Shown here: in pieces, positions 17,811 to 28,076 of the stretch | Position numbering within the stretch: position 1 is the first letter of the stretch | Layout of the letters: each line of letters starts with the position of its first letter | NCBI RefSeq assembly: GCF_000009045.1 | Contig: NC_000964.3 | Coordinates: forward strand, 810,001 to 842,000 | Source of the DNA: Bacillus subtilis subsp. subtilis str. 168 | GTDB lineage: Bacteria > Bacillota > Bacilli > Bacillales > Bacillaceae | DNA: 32,000 nt | Direction of reading: 5' to 3' | Program-made: the position numbers and the translations under genes | The notes under the pieces: generated by a model | What the model was told of the DNA's origin: nothing | Seen by the model: the letters and a program-made list of their open reading frames with translations, nothing else | Database searches by the model: none

Positions 17811-17848
17811 AAAAACCAAAAGGCCAATGTCGGCCTTTTGGTTTTTTT
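17811..17848 (+). terminator. Rho-independent terminator
   Basis: AAACCAAAAGGCC-aatgtc-GGCCTTTTGGTTTTTTT. Confidence 0.85.
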
Positions 17849-17992
17849 GCGGTCTTTGCGGTGGGATTTTGCAGAATGCCGCAATAGGATAGCGGAACAT
17901 TTTCGGTTCTGAATGTCCCTCAATTTGCTATTATATTTTTGTGATAAATTGGAATAAAATCTCACAAAATAGAAAATGGGGGTACATAGTGG

Positions 17993-19255
17993 ATGAAAAA
18001 AGTGATGTTAGCTACGGCTTTGTTTTTAGGATTGACTCCAGCTGGCGCGAACGCAGCTGATTTAGGCCACCAGACGTTGGGATCCAATGATGGCTGGGGC
18101 GCGTACTCGACCGGCACGACAGGCGGATCAAAAGCATCCTCCTCAAATGTGTATACCGTCAGCAACAGAAACCAGCTTGTCTCGGCATTAGGGAAGGAAA
18201 CGAACACAACGCCAAAAATCATTTATATCAAGGGAACGATTGACATGAACGTGGATGACAATCTGAAGCCGCTTGGCCTAAATGACTATAAAGATCCGGA
18301 GTATGATTTGGACAAATATTTGAAAGCCTATGATCCTAGCACATGGGGCAAAAAAGAGCCGTCGGGAACACAAGAAGAAGCGAGAGCACGCTCTCAGAAA
18401 AACCAAAAAGCACGGGTCATGGTGGATATCCCTGCAAACACGACGATCGTCGGTTCAGGGACTAACGCTAAAGTCGTGGGAGGAAACTTCCAAATCAAGA
18501 GTGATAACGTCATTATTCGCAACATTGAATTCCAGGATGCCTATGACTATTTTCCGCAATGGGATCCGACTGACGGAAGCTCAGGGAACTGGAACTCACA
18601 ATACGACAACATCACGATAAACGGCGGCACACACATCTGGATTGATCACTGTACATTTAATGACGGTTCGCGTCCGGACAGCACATCACCGAAATATTAT
18701 GGAAGAAAATATCAGCACCATGACGGCCAAACGGATGCTTCCAACGGTGCTAACTATATCACGATGTCCTACAACTATTATCACGATCATGATAAAAGCT
18801 CCATTTTCGGATCAAGTGACAGCAAAACCTCCGATGACGGCAAATTAAAAATTACGCTGCATCATAACCGCTATAAAAATATTGTCCAGCGCGCGCCGAG
18901 AGTCCGCTTCGGGCAAGTGCACGTATACAACAACTATTATGAAGGAAGCACAAGCTCTTCAAGTTATCCTTTTAGCTATGCATGGGGAATCGGAAAGTCA
19001 TCTAAAATCTATGCCCAAAACAATGTCATTGACGTACCGGGACTGTCAGCTGCTAAAACGATCAGCGTATTCAGCGGGGGAACGGCTTTATATGACTCCG
19101 GCACGTTGCTGAACGGCACACAGATCAACGCATCGGCTGCAAACGGGCTGAGCTCTTCTGTCGGCTGGACGCCGTCTCTGCATGGATCGATTGATGCTTC
19201 TGCTAATGTGAAATCAAATGTTATAAATCAAGCGGGTGCGGGTAAATTAAATTAA
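17993..19255 (+). CDS. pel: Secreted pectate lyase (PL1)
   Basis: Signal peptide MKKVMLATALFLGLTPAGANA; WIDHCTFNDG; HHNRYKNIVQRAPRVRFGQVHVYNNYY. Confidence 0.96.
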   Translation: MKKVMLATALFLGLTPAGANAADLGHQTLGSNDGWGAYSTGTTGGSKASSSNVYTVSNRNQLVSALGKETNTTPKIIYIKGTIDMNVDDNLKPLGLNDYKDPEYDLDKYLKAYDPSTWGKKEPSGTQEEARARSQKNQKARVMVDIPANTTIVGSGTNAKVVGGNFQIKSDNVIIRNIEFQDAYDYFPQWDPTDGSSGNWNSQYDNITINGGTHIWIDHCTFNDGSRPDSTSPKYYGRKYQHHDGQTDASNGANYITMSYNYYHDHDKSSIFGSSDSKTSDDGKLKITLHHNRYKNIVQRAPRVRFGQVHVYNNYYEGSTSSSSYPFSYAWGIGKSSKIYAQNNVIDVPGLSAAKTISVFSGGTALYDSGTLLNGTQINASAANGLSSSVGWTPSLHGSIDASANVKSNVINQAGAGKLN

Positions 19256-19262
19256 GAAAGTG

Positions 19263-19298
19263 AAAAACACAAAGGGTGCTAACCTTTGTGTTTTTTAA
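19263..19298 (+). terminator. Rho-independent terminator
   Basis: AAACACAAAGG-gtgctaa-CCTTTGTGTTTTTT. Confidence 0.85.
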
Positions 19299-19381
19299 TT
19301 AATTAAAATGTTTATTAACTTAGTTAAGGAGTAGAATGGAAAAGGGGATCGGAAAACAAGTATATAGGAGGAGACCTATTT

Positions 19382-20818
19382 ATGGCTTCAGAAAAAGACG
19401 CAGGAAAACAGTCAGCAGTAAAGCTTGTTCCATTGCTTATTACTGTCGCTGTGGGACTAATCATCTGGTTTATTCCCGCTCCGTCCGGACTTGAACCTAA
19501 AGCTTGGCATTTGTTTGCGATTTTTGTCGCAACAATTATCGGCTTTATCTCCAAGCCCTTGCCAATGGGTGCAATTGCAATTTTTGCATTGGCGGTTACT
19601 GCACTAACTGGAACACTATCAATTGAGGATACATTAAGCGGATTCGGGAATAAGACCATTTGGCTTATCGTTATCGCATTCTTTATTTCCCGGGGATTTA
19701 TCAAAACCGGTCTCGGTGCGAGAATTTCGTATGTATTCGTTCAGAAATTCGGAAAAAAAACCCTTGGACTTTCTTATTCACTGCTATTCAGTGATTTAAT
19801 ACTTTCACCTGCTATTCCAAGTAATACGGCGCGTGCAGGAGGCATTATATTTCCTATTATCAGATCATTATCCGAAACATTCGGATCAAGCCCGGCAAAT
19901 GGAACAGAGAGAAAAATCGGTGCATTCTTATTAAAAACCGGTTTTCAGGGGAATCTGATCACATCTGCTATGTTCCTGACAGCGATGGCGGCGAACCCGC
20001 TGATTGCCAAGCTGGCCCATGATGTCGCAGGGGTGGACTTAACATGGACAAGCTGGGCAATTGCCGCGATTGTACCGGGACTTGTAAGCTTAATCATCAC
20101 GCCGCTTGTGATTTACAAACTGTATCCGCCGGAAATCAAAGAAACACCGGATGCGGCGAAAATCGCAACAGAAAAACTGAAAGAAATGGGACCGTTCAAA
20201 AAATCGGAGCTTTCCATGGTTATCGTGTTTCTTTTGGTGCTTGTGCTGTGGATTTTTGGCGGCAGCTTCAACATCGACGCTACCACAACCGCATTGATCG
20301 GTTTGGCCGTTCTCTTATTATCACAAGTTCTGACTTGGGATGATATCAAGAAAGAACAGGGCGCTTGGGATACGCTCACTTGGTTTGCGGCGCTTGTCAT
20401 GCTCGCCAACTTCTTGAATGAATTAGGCATGGTGTCTTGGTTCAGTAATGCCATGAAATCATCCGTATCAGGGTTCTCTTGGATTGTGGCATTCATCATT
20501 TTAATTGTTGTGTATTATTACTCTCACTATTTCTTTGCAAGTGCGACAGCCCACATCAGTGCGATGTATTCAGCATTTTTGGCTGTCGTCGTGGCAGCGG
20601 GCGCACCGCCGCTTTTAGCAGCGCTGAGCCTCGCGTTCATCAGCAACCTGTTCGGGTCAACGACTCACTACGGTTCTGGAGCGGCTCCGGTCTTCTTCGG
20701 AGCAGGCTACATCCCGCAAGGCAAATGGTGGTCCATCGGATTTATCCTGTCGATTGTTCATATCATCGTATGGCTTGTGATCGGCGGATTATGGTGGAAA
20801 GTACTAGGAATATGGTAG
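19382..20818 (+). CDS. yflS: DASS-family dicarboxylate (2-oxoglutarate/malate) transporter
   Basis: 478 aa, SDLILSPAIPSNTARAGGIIFPI and FGSTTHYGSGAAPVFFGAGY motifs. Confidence 0.92.
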   Translation: MASEKDAGKQSAVKLVPLLITVAVGLIIWFIPAPSGLEPKAWHLFAIFVATIIGFISKPLPMGAIAIFALAVTALTGTLSIEDTLSGFGNKTIWLIVIAFFISRGFIKTGLGARISYVFVQKFGKKTLGLSYSLLFSDLILSPAIPSNTARAGGIIFPIIRSLSETFGSSPANGTERKIGAFLLKTGFQGNLITSAMFLTAMAANPLIAKLAHDVAGVDLTWTSWAIAAIVPGLVSLIITPLVIYKLYPPEIKETPDAAKIATEKLKEMGPFKKSELSMVIVFLLVLVLWIFGGSFNIDATTTALIGLAVLLLSQVLTWDDIKKEQGAWDTLTWFAALVMLANFLNELGMVSWFSNAMKSSVSGFSWIVAFIILIVVYYYSHYFFASATAHISAMYSAFLAVVVAAGAPPLLAALSLAFISNLFGSTTHYGSGAAPVFFGAGYIPQGKWWSIGFILSIVHIIVWLVIGGLWWKVLGIW

Positions 20819-20824
20819 AAAGAA

Positions 20825-20853
20825 AAAGGCAGACGCGGTCTGCCTTTTTTTAT
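20825..20853 (+). terminator. Rho-independent terminator
   Basis: AAAGGCAGAC-gcg-GTCTGCCTTTTTTT. Confidence 0.85.
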
Positions 20854-20944
20854 TTTCACTCCTTCGTAAGAAAATGGATTTTGAAAAATGAGAAAATTCC
20901 CTGTGAAAAATGGTATGATCTAGGTAGAAAGGACGGCTGGTGCT

Positions 20945-22573
20945 GTGGTGAAAAAGCGGTTCCATTTTTCCCTGCAAACAAAAATAATGGGGCTGATTGC
21001 GGCTCTGCTGGTCTTTGTCATTGGTGTGCTGACCATTACGTTAGCCGTTCAGCATACACAGGGAGAACGGAGACAGGCAGAGCAGCTGGCGGTTCAAACG
21101 GCGAGAACCATTTCCTATATGCCGCCGGTTAAAGAGCTCATTGAGAGAAAAGACGGACATGCGGCTCAGACGCAAGAGGTCATTGAACAAATGAAAGAAC
21201 AGACTGGTGCGTTTGCCATTTATGTTTTGAACGAAAAAGGAGACATTCGCAGCGCCTCTGGAAAAAGCGGATTAAAGAAACTGGAGCGCAGCAGAGAAAT
21301 TTTGTTTGGCGGTTCGCATGTTTCTGAAACAAAAGCGGATGGACGAAGAGTGATCAGAGGGAGCGCGCCGATTATAAAAGAACAGAAGGGATACAGCCAA
21401 GTGATCGGCAGCGTGTCTGTTGATTTTCTGCAAACGGAGACAGAGCAAAGCATCAAAAAGCATTTGAGAAATTTGAGTGTGATTGCTGTGCTTGTACTGC
21501 TGCTCGGATTTATTGGCGCCGCCGTGCTGGCGAAAAGCATCAGAAAGGATACGCTCGGGCTTGAACCGCATGAGATCGCGGCTCTATATCGTGAGAGGAA
21601 CGCAATGCTTTTCGCGATTCGAGAAGGGATTATTGCCACCAATCGTGAAGGCGTCGTCACCATGATGAACGTATCGGCGGCCGAGATGCTGAAGCTGCCC
21701 GAGCCTGTGATCCATCTTCCTATAGATGACGTCATGCCGGGAGCAGGGCTGATGTCTGTGCTTGAAAAAGGAGAAATGCTGCCGAACCAGGAAGTAAGCG
21801 TCAACGATCAAGTGTTTATTATCAATACGAAAGTGATGAATCAAGGCGGGCAGGCGTATGGGATTGTCGTCAGCTTCAGGGAGAAAACAGAGCTGAAGAA
21901 GCTGATCGACACATTGACAGAGGTTCGCAAATATTCAGAGGATCTCAGGGCGCAGACTCATGAATTTTCAAATAAGCTTTATGCGATTTTAGGGCTGCTT
22001 GAGCTTGGGGAGTATGATGAAGCCATTGATCTGATTAAAGAGGAATATGCGATACAAAATGAACAGCATGATCTTTTATTCCATAACATCCATTCGCAGC
22101 AGGTGCAGGCCATTTTGTTAGGGAAAATAAGCAAGGCATCGGAAAAGAAGGTCAAGCTGGTGATTGATGAGAACAGCTCACTCGCGCCTCTTCCTGCGCA
22201 TATCGGCTTGTCCCATCTTATTACGATTATTGGCAATTTAATTGATAACGCTTTCGAAGCTGTAGCGGAGCAAAGCGTGAAGGAAGTTTTGTTTTTTATC
22301 ACGGATATGGGCCATGACATTGTCATTGAAGTATCAGACACAGGGCCCGGTGTGCCGCCAGAGAAAATAGAAGCTGTGTTTGAGAGAGGCTATTCTTCAA
22401 AGGGGATGAGGAGAGGCTACGGTCTGGCCAATGTGAAAGACTCAGTGCGTGAACTGGGCGGCTGGATCGAACTGGCGAATCAAAAAACTGGCGGGGCGGT
22501 ATTCACTGTATTTATACCGAAGGAGAAACAAAGGGGGAATCCATTTGATTCACATCGCGATTGCGGAGGATGA
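20945..22573 (+). CDS. citS: CitA/DcuS-family sensor histidine kinase
   Basis: Two N-terminal TM segments, PAS region, LRAQTHEFSNKLYAILGLLELG, LIDNAFEAV, SDTGPGVPPE. Confidence 0.93.
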   Translation: MVKKRFHFSLQTKIMGLIAALLVFVIGVLTITLAVQHTQGERRQAEQLAVQTARTISYMPPVKELIERKDGHAAQTQEVIEQMKEQTGAFAIYVLNEKGDIRSASGKSGLKKLERSREILFGGSHVSETKADGRRVIRGSAPIIKEQKGYSQVIGSVSVDFLQTETEQSIKKHLRNLSVIAVLVLLLGFIGAAVLAKSIRKDTLGLEPHEIAALYRERNAMLFAIREGIIATNREGVVTMMNVSAAEMLKLPEPVIHLPIDDVMPGAGLMSVLEKGEMLPNQEVSVNDQVFIINTKVMNQGGQAYGIVVSFREKTELKKLIDTLTEVRKYSEDLRAQTHEFSNKLYAILGLLELGEYDEAIDLIKEEYAIQNEQHDLLFHNIHSQQVQAILLGKISKASEKKVKLVIDENSSLAPLPAHIGLSHLITIIGNLIDNAFEAVAEQSVKEVLFFITDMGHDIVIEVSDTGPGVPPEKIEAVFERGYSSKGMRRGYGLANVKDSVRELGGWIELANQKTGGAVFTVFIPKEKQRGNPFDSHRDCGG

Positions 22574-23225
22574 TTTTCGAGTTGCGCAAATCCATGAGAG
22601 ATTGATTAAACAGCTTGATGGATTCAAGATTATCGGCAAGGCGGCTAACGCAAAAGAGACATTGGCGCTTTTGAAGGAACACAAGGCTGATTTGCTTCTG
22701 CTGGATATTTATATGCCGGACGAGCTTGGGACCGCGTTGATTCCTGATATACGAAGCCGATTTCCTGAAGTGGACATTATGATTATCACAGCGGCAACAG
22801 AAACCCGTCATTTGCAGGAAGCGCTAAGGGCGGGAATTGCCCACTATTTGATCAAACCCGTAACAGCTGACAAGTTCAGGCAGGTGCTGCTTCAGTATAA
22901 AGAAAAAAGGAAGCTGCTCATGTCTCAGCCGGAGGTCAGCCAATCCATGATCGACCATATTTTTGGGAACGGTGTGAAGACAGCTTTGCCGGCAGAGGAT
23001 TTGCCGACTGGCATTAATTCGATTACACTGCGAAAAATTAAGGAAGCGCTTCAGACTGCGTCAGAAGGATTGACAGCGGAGGAACTTGGGGAAAAAATGG
23101 GGGCGTCACGAACAACTGCCCGCCGTTATGCCGAGTACCTTGTGTCAAAGGAAGAAGCAAGAGCCGAGCTTGAATACGGGATTATCGGCAGGCCGGAGAG
23201 AAAATATTATTTGGCGGCGGATTAG
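22545..23225 (+). CDS. citT: CitB/CitT-family response regulator
   Basis: [19 protein letters not shown] receiver domain. TTG 22545 start with AAGGGGG upstream; 226 aa; overlaps the citS 3' end. Confidence 0.92.
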
Positions 23226-23227
23226 AT

Positions 23228-24187
23228 ATGAAAAAATCTATAATCCTATTGAATATTCTATTGATCTTTATGCAGGGTGATATCAGGCAGGCGGCTGCGC
23301 CGCGCCTGCCGGACGGGCCGATAGAAATTGTCGTCCCTGCCGAACCTTCTGGCGGCTGGGATGTCACAGCGCAGGCGATCCAATCAGTTTTGAGGCAGAA
23401 GCAGATCGTGAAGGATGATGTTCATATCGTCTATAAATCCGGCGGCGGGGGAGAGAAAGGCTGGAAATATGTCAACAAAAGCAGCAAACAAACCATCAGC
23501 ATGACGTCCAGCCTAATATTGAGCAATGATCTTCTCGGGCAAAGCAAATTAAAAATGTCCGATTTTACGCCGCTCGCCATTCTCTCCAAGGAATGGCAGA
23601 CGGTTGCATTGCCAAAAGGATCAGCGTTAACAAATGGCAAGGATGTGCTGAATGAGATCAACATGCATCCCGGCAAGGTGAGAATCGGCTTTGCCCCGGG
23701 GTTTGGCAATGATGATCAGCTCTCGTTCGTCAGAGCGGCAGATATGTACGGCATTGACCCGTTTGACATTCAATTCTCACAGTATGACAGCAGCGAACAG
23801 CTCATTCAGGCGCTGATCAGACATGAGATAGAAGCGGCTTCCATGACACTTTCTGAAGCGAAACCATATGAACGAAACGGCGATATCACGTTAGCCGCTG
23901 TAACGTCTGATAAAAGACTTCCCGGTTTTCCAAATGTACCGACGTGGAAGGAGCAGGGAATCCCGTTTGTTTTTTCTCATTGGAGAGGGATTTTGGGCCC
24001 GAAAAATATGTCTGAGGAAGAGATTTCTTACTGGGATCAAGCGCTAAAGAAGGTCACCTCCTCACCTGAATGGAAGCGGAAAATAAACGAACAGGACTGG
24101 GAAAGCTTTTATTTAAACAGCAGGGAAACGAAACGGTTTTTAGAAGAGCAATCTGCTTTTTATCAAAGCATCATGACAGGAAATTAA
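23228..24187 (+). CDS. yflP: Bug/TctC-family tricarboxylate-type periplasmic/extracellular binding protein
   Basis: [70 protein letters not shown]. Confidence 0.9.
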
Positions 24188-24212
24188 AATCCCGACATCC
24201 CGGGATTTTTTT
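24186..24212 (+). terminator. Rho-independent terminator
   Basis: AAATCCCG...CGGGATTTTTTT. Confidence 0.8.
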
Positions 24213-24351
24213 CATGCCGAAAATTGATCAAAAAGAACAAAACGGTTTTAAAAAATTAAAAATACAAAAAAACCAAATTATTTACTTGCGGTTGGTTTTC
24301 CCATACGATGGCAAAAAGGCAAGACAAAAAGGGGAGTAAGGGAGAAAAAAA

Positions 24352-24365
24352 TGTAAGCGGATTCA
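24352..24365 (+). promoter_or_regulatory. Putative cre (CcpA) site upstream of citM
   Basis: TGTAAGCGGATTCA, one mismatch to TGWAANCGNTNWCA. Confidence 0.7.
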
Positions 24366-24382
24366 TTTAAGGGGGAATGGAT

Positions 24383-25684
24383 GTGTTAGCAATCTTAGGC
24401 TTTCTCATGATGCTTGTGTTTATGGCATTGATCATGACAAAACGGCTTTCTGTTTTAACAGCATTAGTTTTGACGCCGATTGTGTTTGCGCTTATCGCCG
24501 GATTTGGATTTACTGAAGTTGGGGACATGATGATTTCGGGGATTCAGCAAGTCGCGCCGACTGCGGTCATGATTATGTTTGCGATCTTATATTTTGGAAT
24601 TATGATTGATACAGGCCTGTTTGATCCAATGGTTGGCAAAATTTTAAGCATGGTCAAAGGAGACCCTTTAAAAATTGTTGTCGGGACAGCGGTTCTTACA
24701 ATGCTCGTCGCCTTGGACGGAGATGGCTCGACAACGTACATGATTACGACAAGCGCCATGCTTCCGCTCTATTTGCTGCTAGGCATCCGGCCAATTATCT
24801 TGGCAGGAATCGCGGGAGTCGGCATGGGAATCATGAACACGATTCCATGGGGAGGTGCGACGCCGAGGGCGGCGAGTGCGCTGGGGGTTGATCCAGCTGA
24901 GCTTACAGGGCCGATGATTCCTGTCATTGCAAGCGGGATGCTTTGTATGGTGGCAGTTGCGTATGTGCTTGGAAAAGCGGAACGAAAGCGCCTTGGTGTG
25001 ATTGAACTGAAACAGCCAGCCAATGCCAATGAACCGGCTGCTGCGGTTGAAGATGAGTGGAAGCGGCCGAAGCTTTGGTGGTTCAATTTATTGTTAACGC
25101 TTTCTTTAATAGGATGTTTAGTATCGGGTAAAGTCAGTTTAACCGTACTGTTTGTCATTGCGTTTTGTATTGCGCTGATTGTGAATTATCCCAATCTCGA
25201 GCATCAGAGACAGCGCATCGCGGCGCATTCCAGCAACGTGCTGGCTATCGGTTCAATGATTTTTGCTGCGGGGGTGTTCACGGGGATTTTGACAGGCACG
25301 AAAATGGTTGATGAAATGGCGATCTCGCTCGTGTCCATGATACCGGAACAAATGGGCGGATTGATCCCGGCGATTGTTGCCTTAACAAGCGGCATTTTCA
25401 CATTTTTGATGCCGAATGACGCGTATTTCTACGGGGTGCTGCCGATTTTATCAGAAACAGCTGTCGCATACGGTGTGGATAAAGTGGAAATTGCCAGAGC
25501 CTCTATTATCGGCCAGCCGATTCATATGCTGAGTCCGCTTGTGCCATCCACTCATTTGCTTGTCGGACTCGTCGGAGTTTCTATTGATGACCATCAAAAA
25601 TTCGCATTGAAATGGGCGGTTCTCGCAGTGATCGTCATGACGGCTATCGCTCTATTGATCGGTGCGATCTCTATTTCCGTATGA
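24383..25684 (+). CDS. citM: CitMHS-family Mg2+-citrate transporter
   Basis: GTG 24383 with suitable spacing from AAGGGGG; 433 aa; TMVKGDPLKIVVGTAVLTMLVALDGDGSTTYMITTSAMLPLY-type CitMHS sequence (KILSMVKGDPLKIVV). Confidence 0.93.
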   Translation: MLAILGFLMMLVFMALIMTKRLSVLTALVLTPIVFALIAGFGFTEVGDMMISGIQQVAPTAVMIMFAILYFGIMIDTGLFDPMVGKILSMVKGDPLKIVVGTAVLTMLVALDGDGSTTYMITTSAMLPLYLLLGIRPIILAGIAGVGMGIMNTIPWGGATPRAASALGVDPAELTGPMIPVIASGMLCMVAVAYVLGKAERKRLGVIELKQPANANEPAAAVEDEWKRPKLWWFNLLLTLSLIGCLVSGKVSLTVLFVIAFCIALIVNYPNLEHQRQRIAAHSSNVLAIGSMIFAAGVFTGILTGTKMVDEMAISLVSMIPEQMGGLIPAIVALTSGIFTFLMPNDAYFYGVLPILSETAVAYGVDKVEIARASIIGQPIHMLSPLVPSTHLLVGLVGVSIDDHQKFALKWAVLAVIVMTAIALLIGAISISV

Positions 25685-25739
25685 TAATTCAGGCGTAATG
25701 ACACACACTAACGGCATACAACATTCCGGAGGTGTCATT

Positions 25740-26534
25740 ATGAGTGATCCTTATATGCCGCTGACTTCAGTCAGAAGCGGAGCGGGGTTCGAAGCGGCAA
25801 AAGGGGTGCACGGCCTGACTGTGCAAATTGCGAATGTCTATTTTATTCAGCTGCCTTCTGAACCTCACTCATTTGTTTTAATTGATGCCGGCATGCCCCA
25901 ATCAGCCGGCGTGATTGTCAATGAAGCCAAACAAAGATTCGGTGAAGGGTTTCAGCTGAAGGCGATTATCCTCACACACGGGCACTTTGACCATATTGGG
26001 GCAATCGAAGAGATCCTTGAGCATTGGGATGTGCCTGTTTATATCCATTCTCGGGAAATGCCTTATGTAACAGGTAAAGAGGATTATCCTCCGGCTCGTC
26101 CTGACAGCAAGAGCGGGCTGGTCGCTAAGCTGTCGCCGCTGTTTCCGCGGCACTCTATCGATATTTCCTCACATGTCCAGGCACTGCCGGAAGACGGTTC
26201 AGTTCCTTTTCTTGACGAGTGGATGTGGATCGCGACACCAGGACACACGCCGGGCCATATTTCGTTATTCCGCGATGACGGCCGCGTGCTTGTGGCAGGT
26301 GATGCTGTTATTACAGTGGAACAGGAGAAAATGGCTGACGTCTTGATACAAAAACAGGAGCTTCACGGGCCGCCGGCTTATTTCACGCCTGACACAGAGA
26401 CGGCCGCTGAGTCCATTCTAAAGCTGGCCGGTCTTGAACCGGAAGCGTTATTGACCGGGCACGGCATACCGATGACCGGCAAAAACTTTCGAAGTGACTT
26501 AACTGAATTGGCAAATCGGTTATCGTCTATTTGA
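25740..26534 (+). CDS. yflN: Metallo-beta-lactamase-fold hydrolase
   Basis: ILTHGHFDHIGAIEEIL, TPGHTPGHISLF; ATG 25740. Confidence 0.88.
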   Translation: MSDPYMPLTSVRSGAGFEAAKGVHGLTVQIANVYFIQLPSEPHSFVLIDAGMPQSAGVIVNEAKQRFGEGFQLKAIILTHGHFDHIGAIEEILEHWDVPVYIHSREMPYVTGKEDYPPARPDSKSGLVAKLSPLFPRHSIDISSHVQALPEDGSVPFLDEWMWIATPGHTPGHISLFRDDGRVLVAGDAVITVEQEKMADVLIQKQELHGPPAYFTPDTETAAESILKLAGLEPEALLTGHGIPMTGKNFRSDLTELANRLSSI

Positions 26535-26560
26535 CACCCGCACCACGCGGGTGTTTTTTA
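26532..26560 (+). terminator. Rho-independent terminator
   Basis: CACCCGC-accac-GCGGGTGTTTTTT. Confidence 0.8.
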
Positions 26561-26652
26561 TTGTTTTCCAGGAAGTTGCAGAAAAATCATTTGTCTTGCC
26601 GCTTAAAAACGATACAATGAAAAGCATGAAGTGATGTGAAGGGGAGAGTTTG

Positions 26653-27744
26653 TTGGAAGAAAAAGAAATACTCTGGAACGAAGCGAAAGCGTTTATTGCC
26701 GCATGCTATCAGGAATTGGGAAAGGAGGAGGAAGTGAAAGACCGTCTCGCGGACATTAAAAGTGAAATTGACCTGACCGGAAGCTATGTACATACGAAGG
26801 AAGAGCTGGAGCACGGAGCGAAAATGGCTTGGAGAAACAGCAACCGCTGCATCGGCAGATTGTTCTGGAATTCGCTGAATGTTATCGACAGACGAGACGT
26901 CCGGACGAAGGAGGAAGTGCGTGATGCCCTCTTTCACCATATTGAAACCGCCACCAATAACGGGAAAATCAGACCGACCATTACGATTTTCCCTCCGGAA
27001 GAGAAGGGTGAAAAGCAAGTCGAGATCTGGAATCATCAGCTGATCCGGTACGCTGGATATGAGTCAGACGGAGAAAGAATCGGCGACCCGGCTTCCTGTT
27101 CCCTGACAGCAGCCTGCGAAGAGCTCGGCTGGCGCGGAGAGCGAACGGATTTTGACCTGCTGCCGCTCATTTTTCGCATGAAAGGGGACGAGCAGCCTGT
27201 CTGGTATGAGCTGCCGCGTTCACTTGTGATTGAGGTTCCAATCACACATCCGGACATCGAGGCGTTTTCTGATTTGGAGCTGAAGTGGTACGGCGTGCCT
27301 ATTATTTCTGATATGAAGCTTGAGGTCGGGGGCATTCATTATAATGCCGCGCCATTTAACGGCTGGTATATGGGCACGGAGATCGGAGCGAGAAACCTCG
27401 CAGATGAAAAGCGGTACGACAAGCTCAAAAAAGTAGCGTCCGTGATCGGCATCGCCGCTGATTACAATACGGATTTATGGAAGGATCAAGCGCTAGTTGA
27501 ATTGAATAAAGCTGTGCTGCACTCGTATAAAAAGCAGGGTGTCAGCATCGTTGACCATCATACAGCGGCAAGCCAGTTTAAACGGTTTGAAGAACAGGAG
27601 GAAGAAGCGGGCAGAAAGCTGACGGGGGACTGGACGTGGCTGATTCCGCCAATTTCACCCGCTGCCACTCATATCTTCCACCGCTCCTATGATAACTCAA
27701 TCGTTAAGCCGAACTATTTTTATCAAGATAAGCCTTATGAGTAA
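26653..27744 (+). CDS. nos: Bacterial nitric oxide synthase oxygenase
   Basis: [23 protein letters not shown] haem-binding region, [17 protein letters not shown]. Two tandem TTG codons (26650/26653); the second has better RBS spacing. Confidence 0.95.
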
Positions 27745-28010
27745 ACAATAGAAAATCGATGATGGCCTTCAAGGCTGCGGGATTCAGTCACAGAGATGTC
27801 GGTAACCTTTGAGAAAGGGCTTCCGTTCTTTACAGCCTCAACAAACGATTGCAGGGCGTTTTCCGGACCCTCTGCCAAAATCTCGACACGCCCGTCATCA
27901 CGGTTTTTGACCCAGCCGGCCAGTTTTCGCTTATCAGCTTCCATTTGAACAAAATAGCGAAAGCCCACACCTTGAACCCGGCCGTCTACAATGATTCGGT
28001 ATTGAAGCAT
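27735..28010 (-). CDS. yflL: Acylphosphatase
   Basis: [48 protein letters not shown]. Confidence 0.93.
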
Positions 28011-28076
28011 GTAAAAACCACCTTTTCTTTTTATGATAATCAATCATTTTACAACCTGTAAAGGGGATGTGTTTGT

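Noticed and set aside
18330-19112. Plus-strand ORFs inside the pectate lyase gene in other frames
   Set aside because: Embedded in a strongly supported secreted enzyme gene; Thr/Arg-rich out-of-frame translations.
20479-21132. 217-aa ORF spanning the yflS 3' end, terminator and citS 5' end
   Set aside because: Crosses a strong terminator and overlaps two well-supported genes in another frame.
21220-22811. Long minus-strand ORFs (up to 194 aa) antisense to citS/citT
   Set aside because: Shadow ORFs, Ser/Ile-rich, no RBS or motif.
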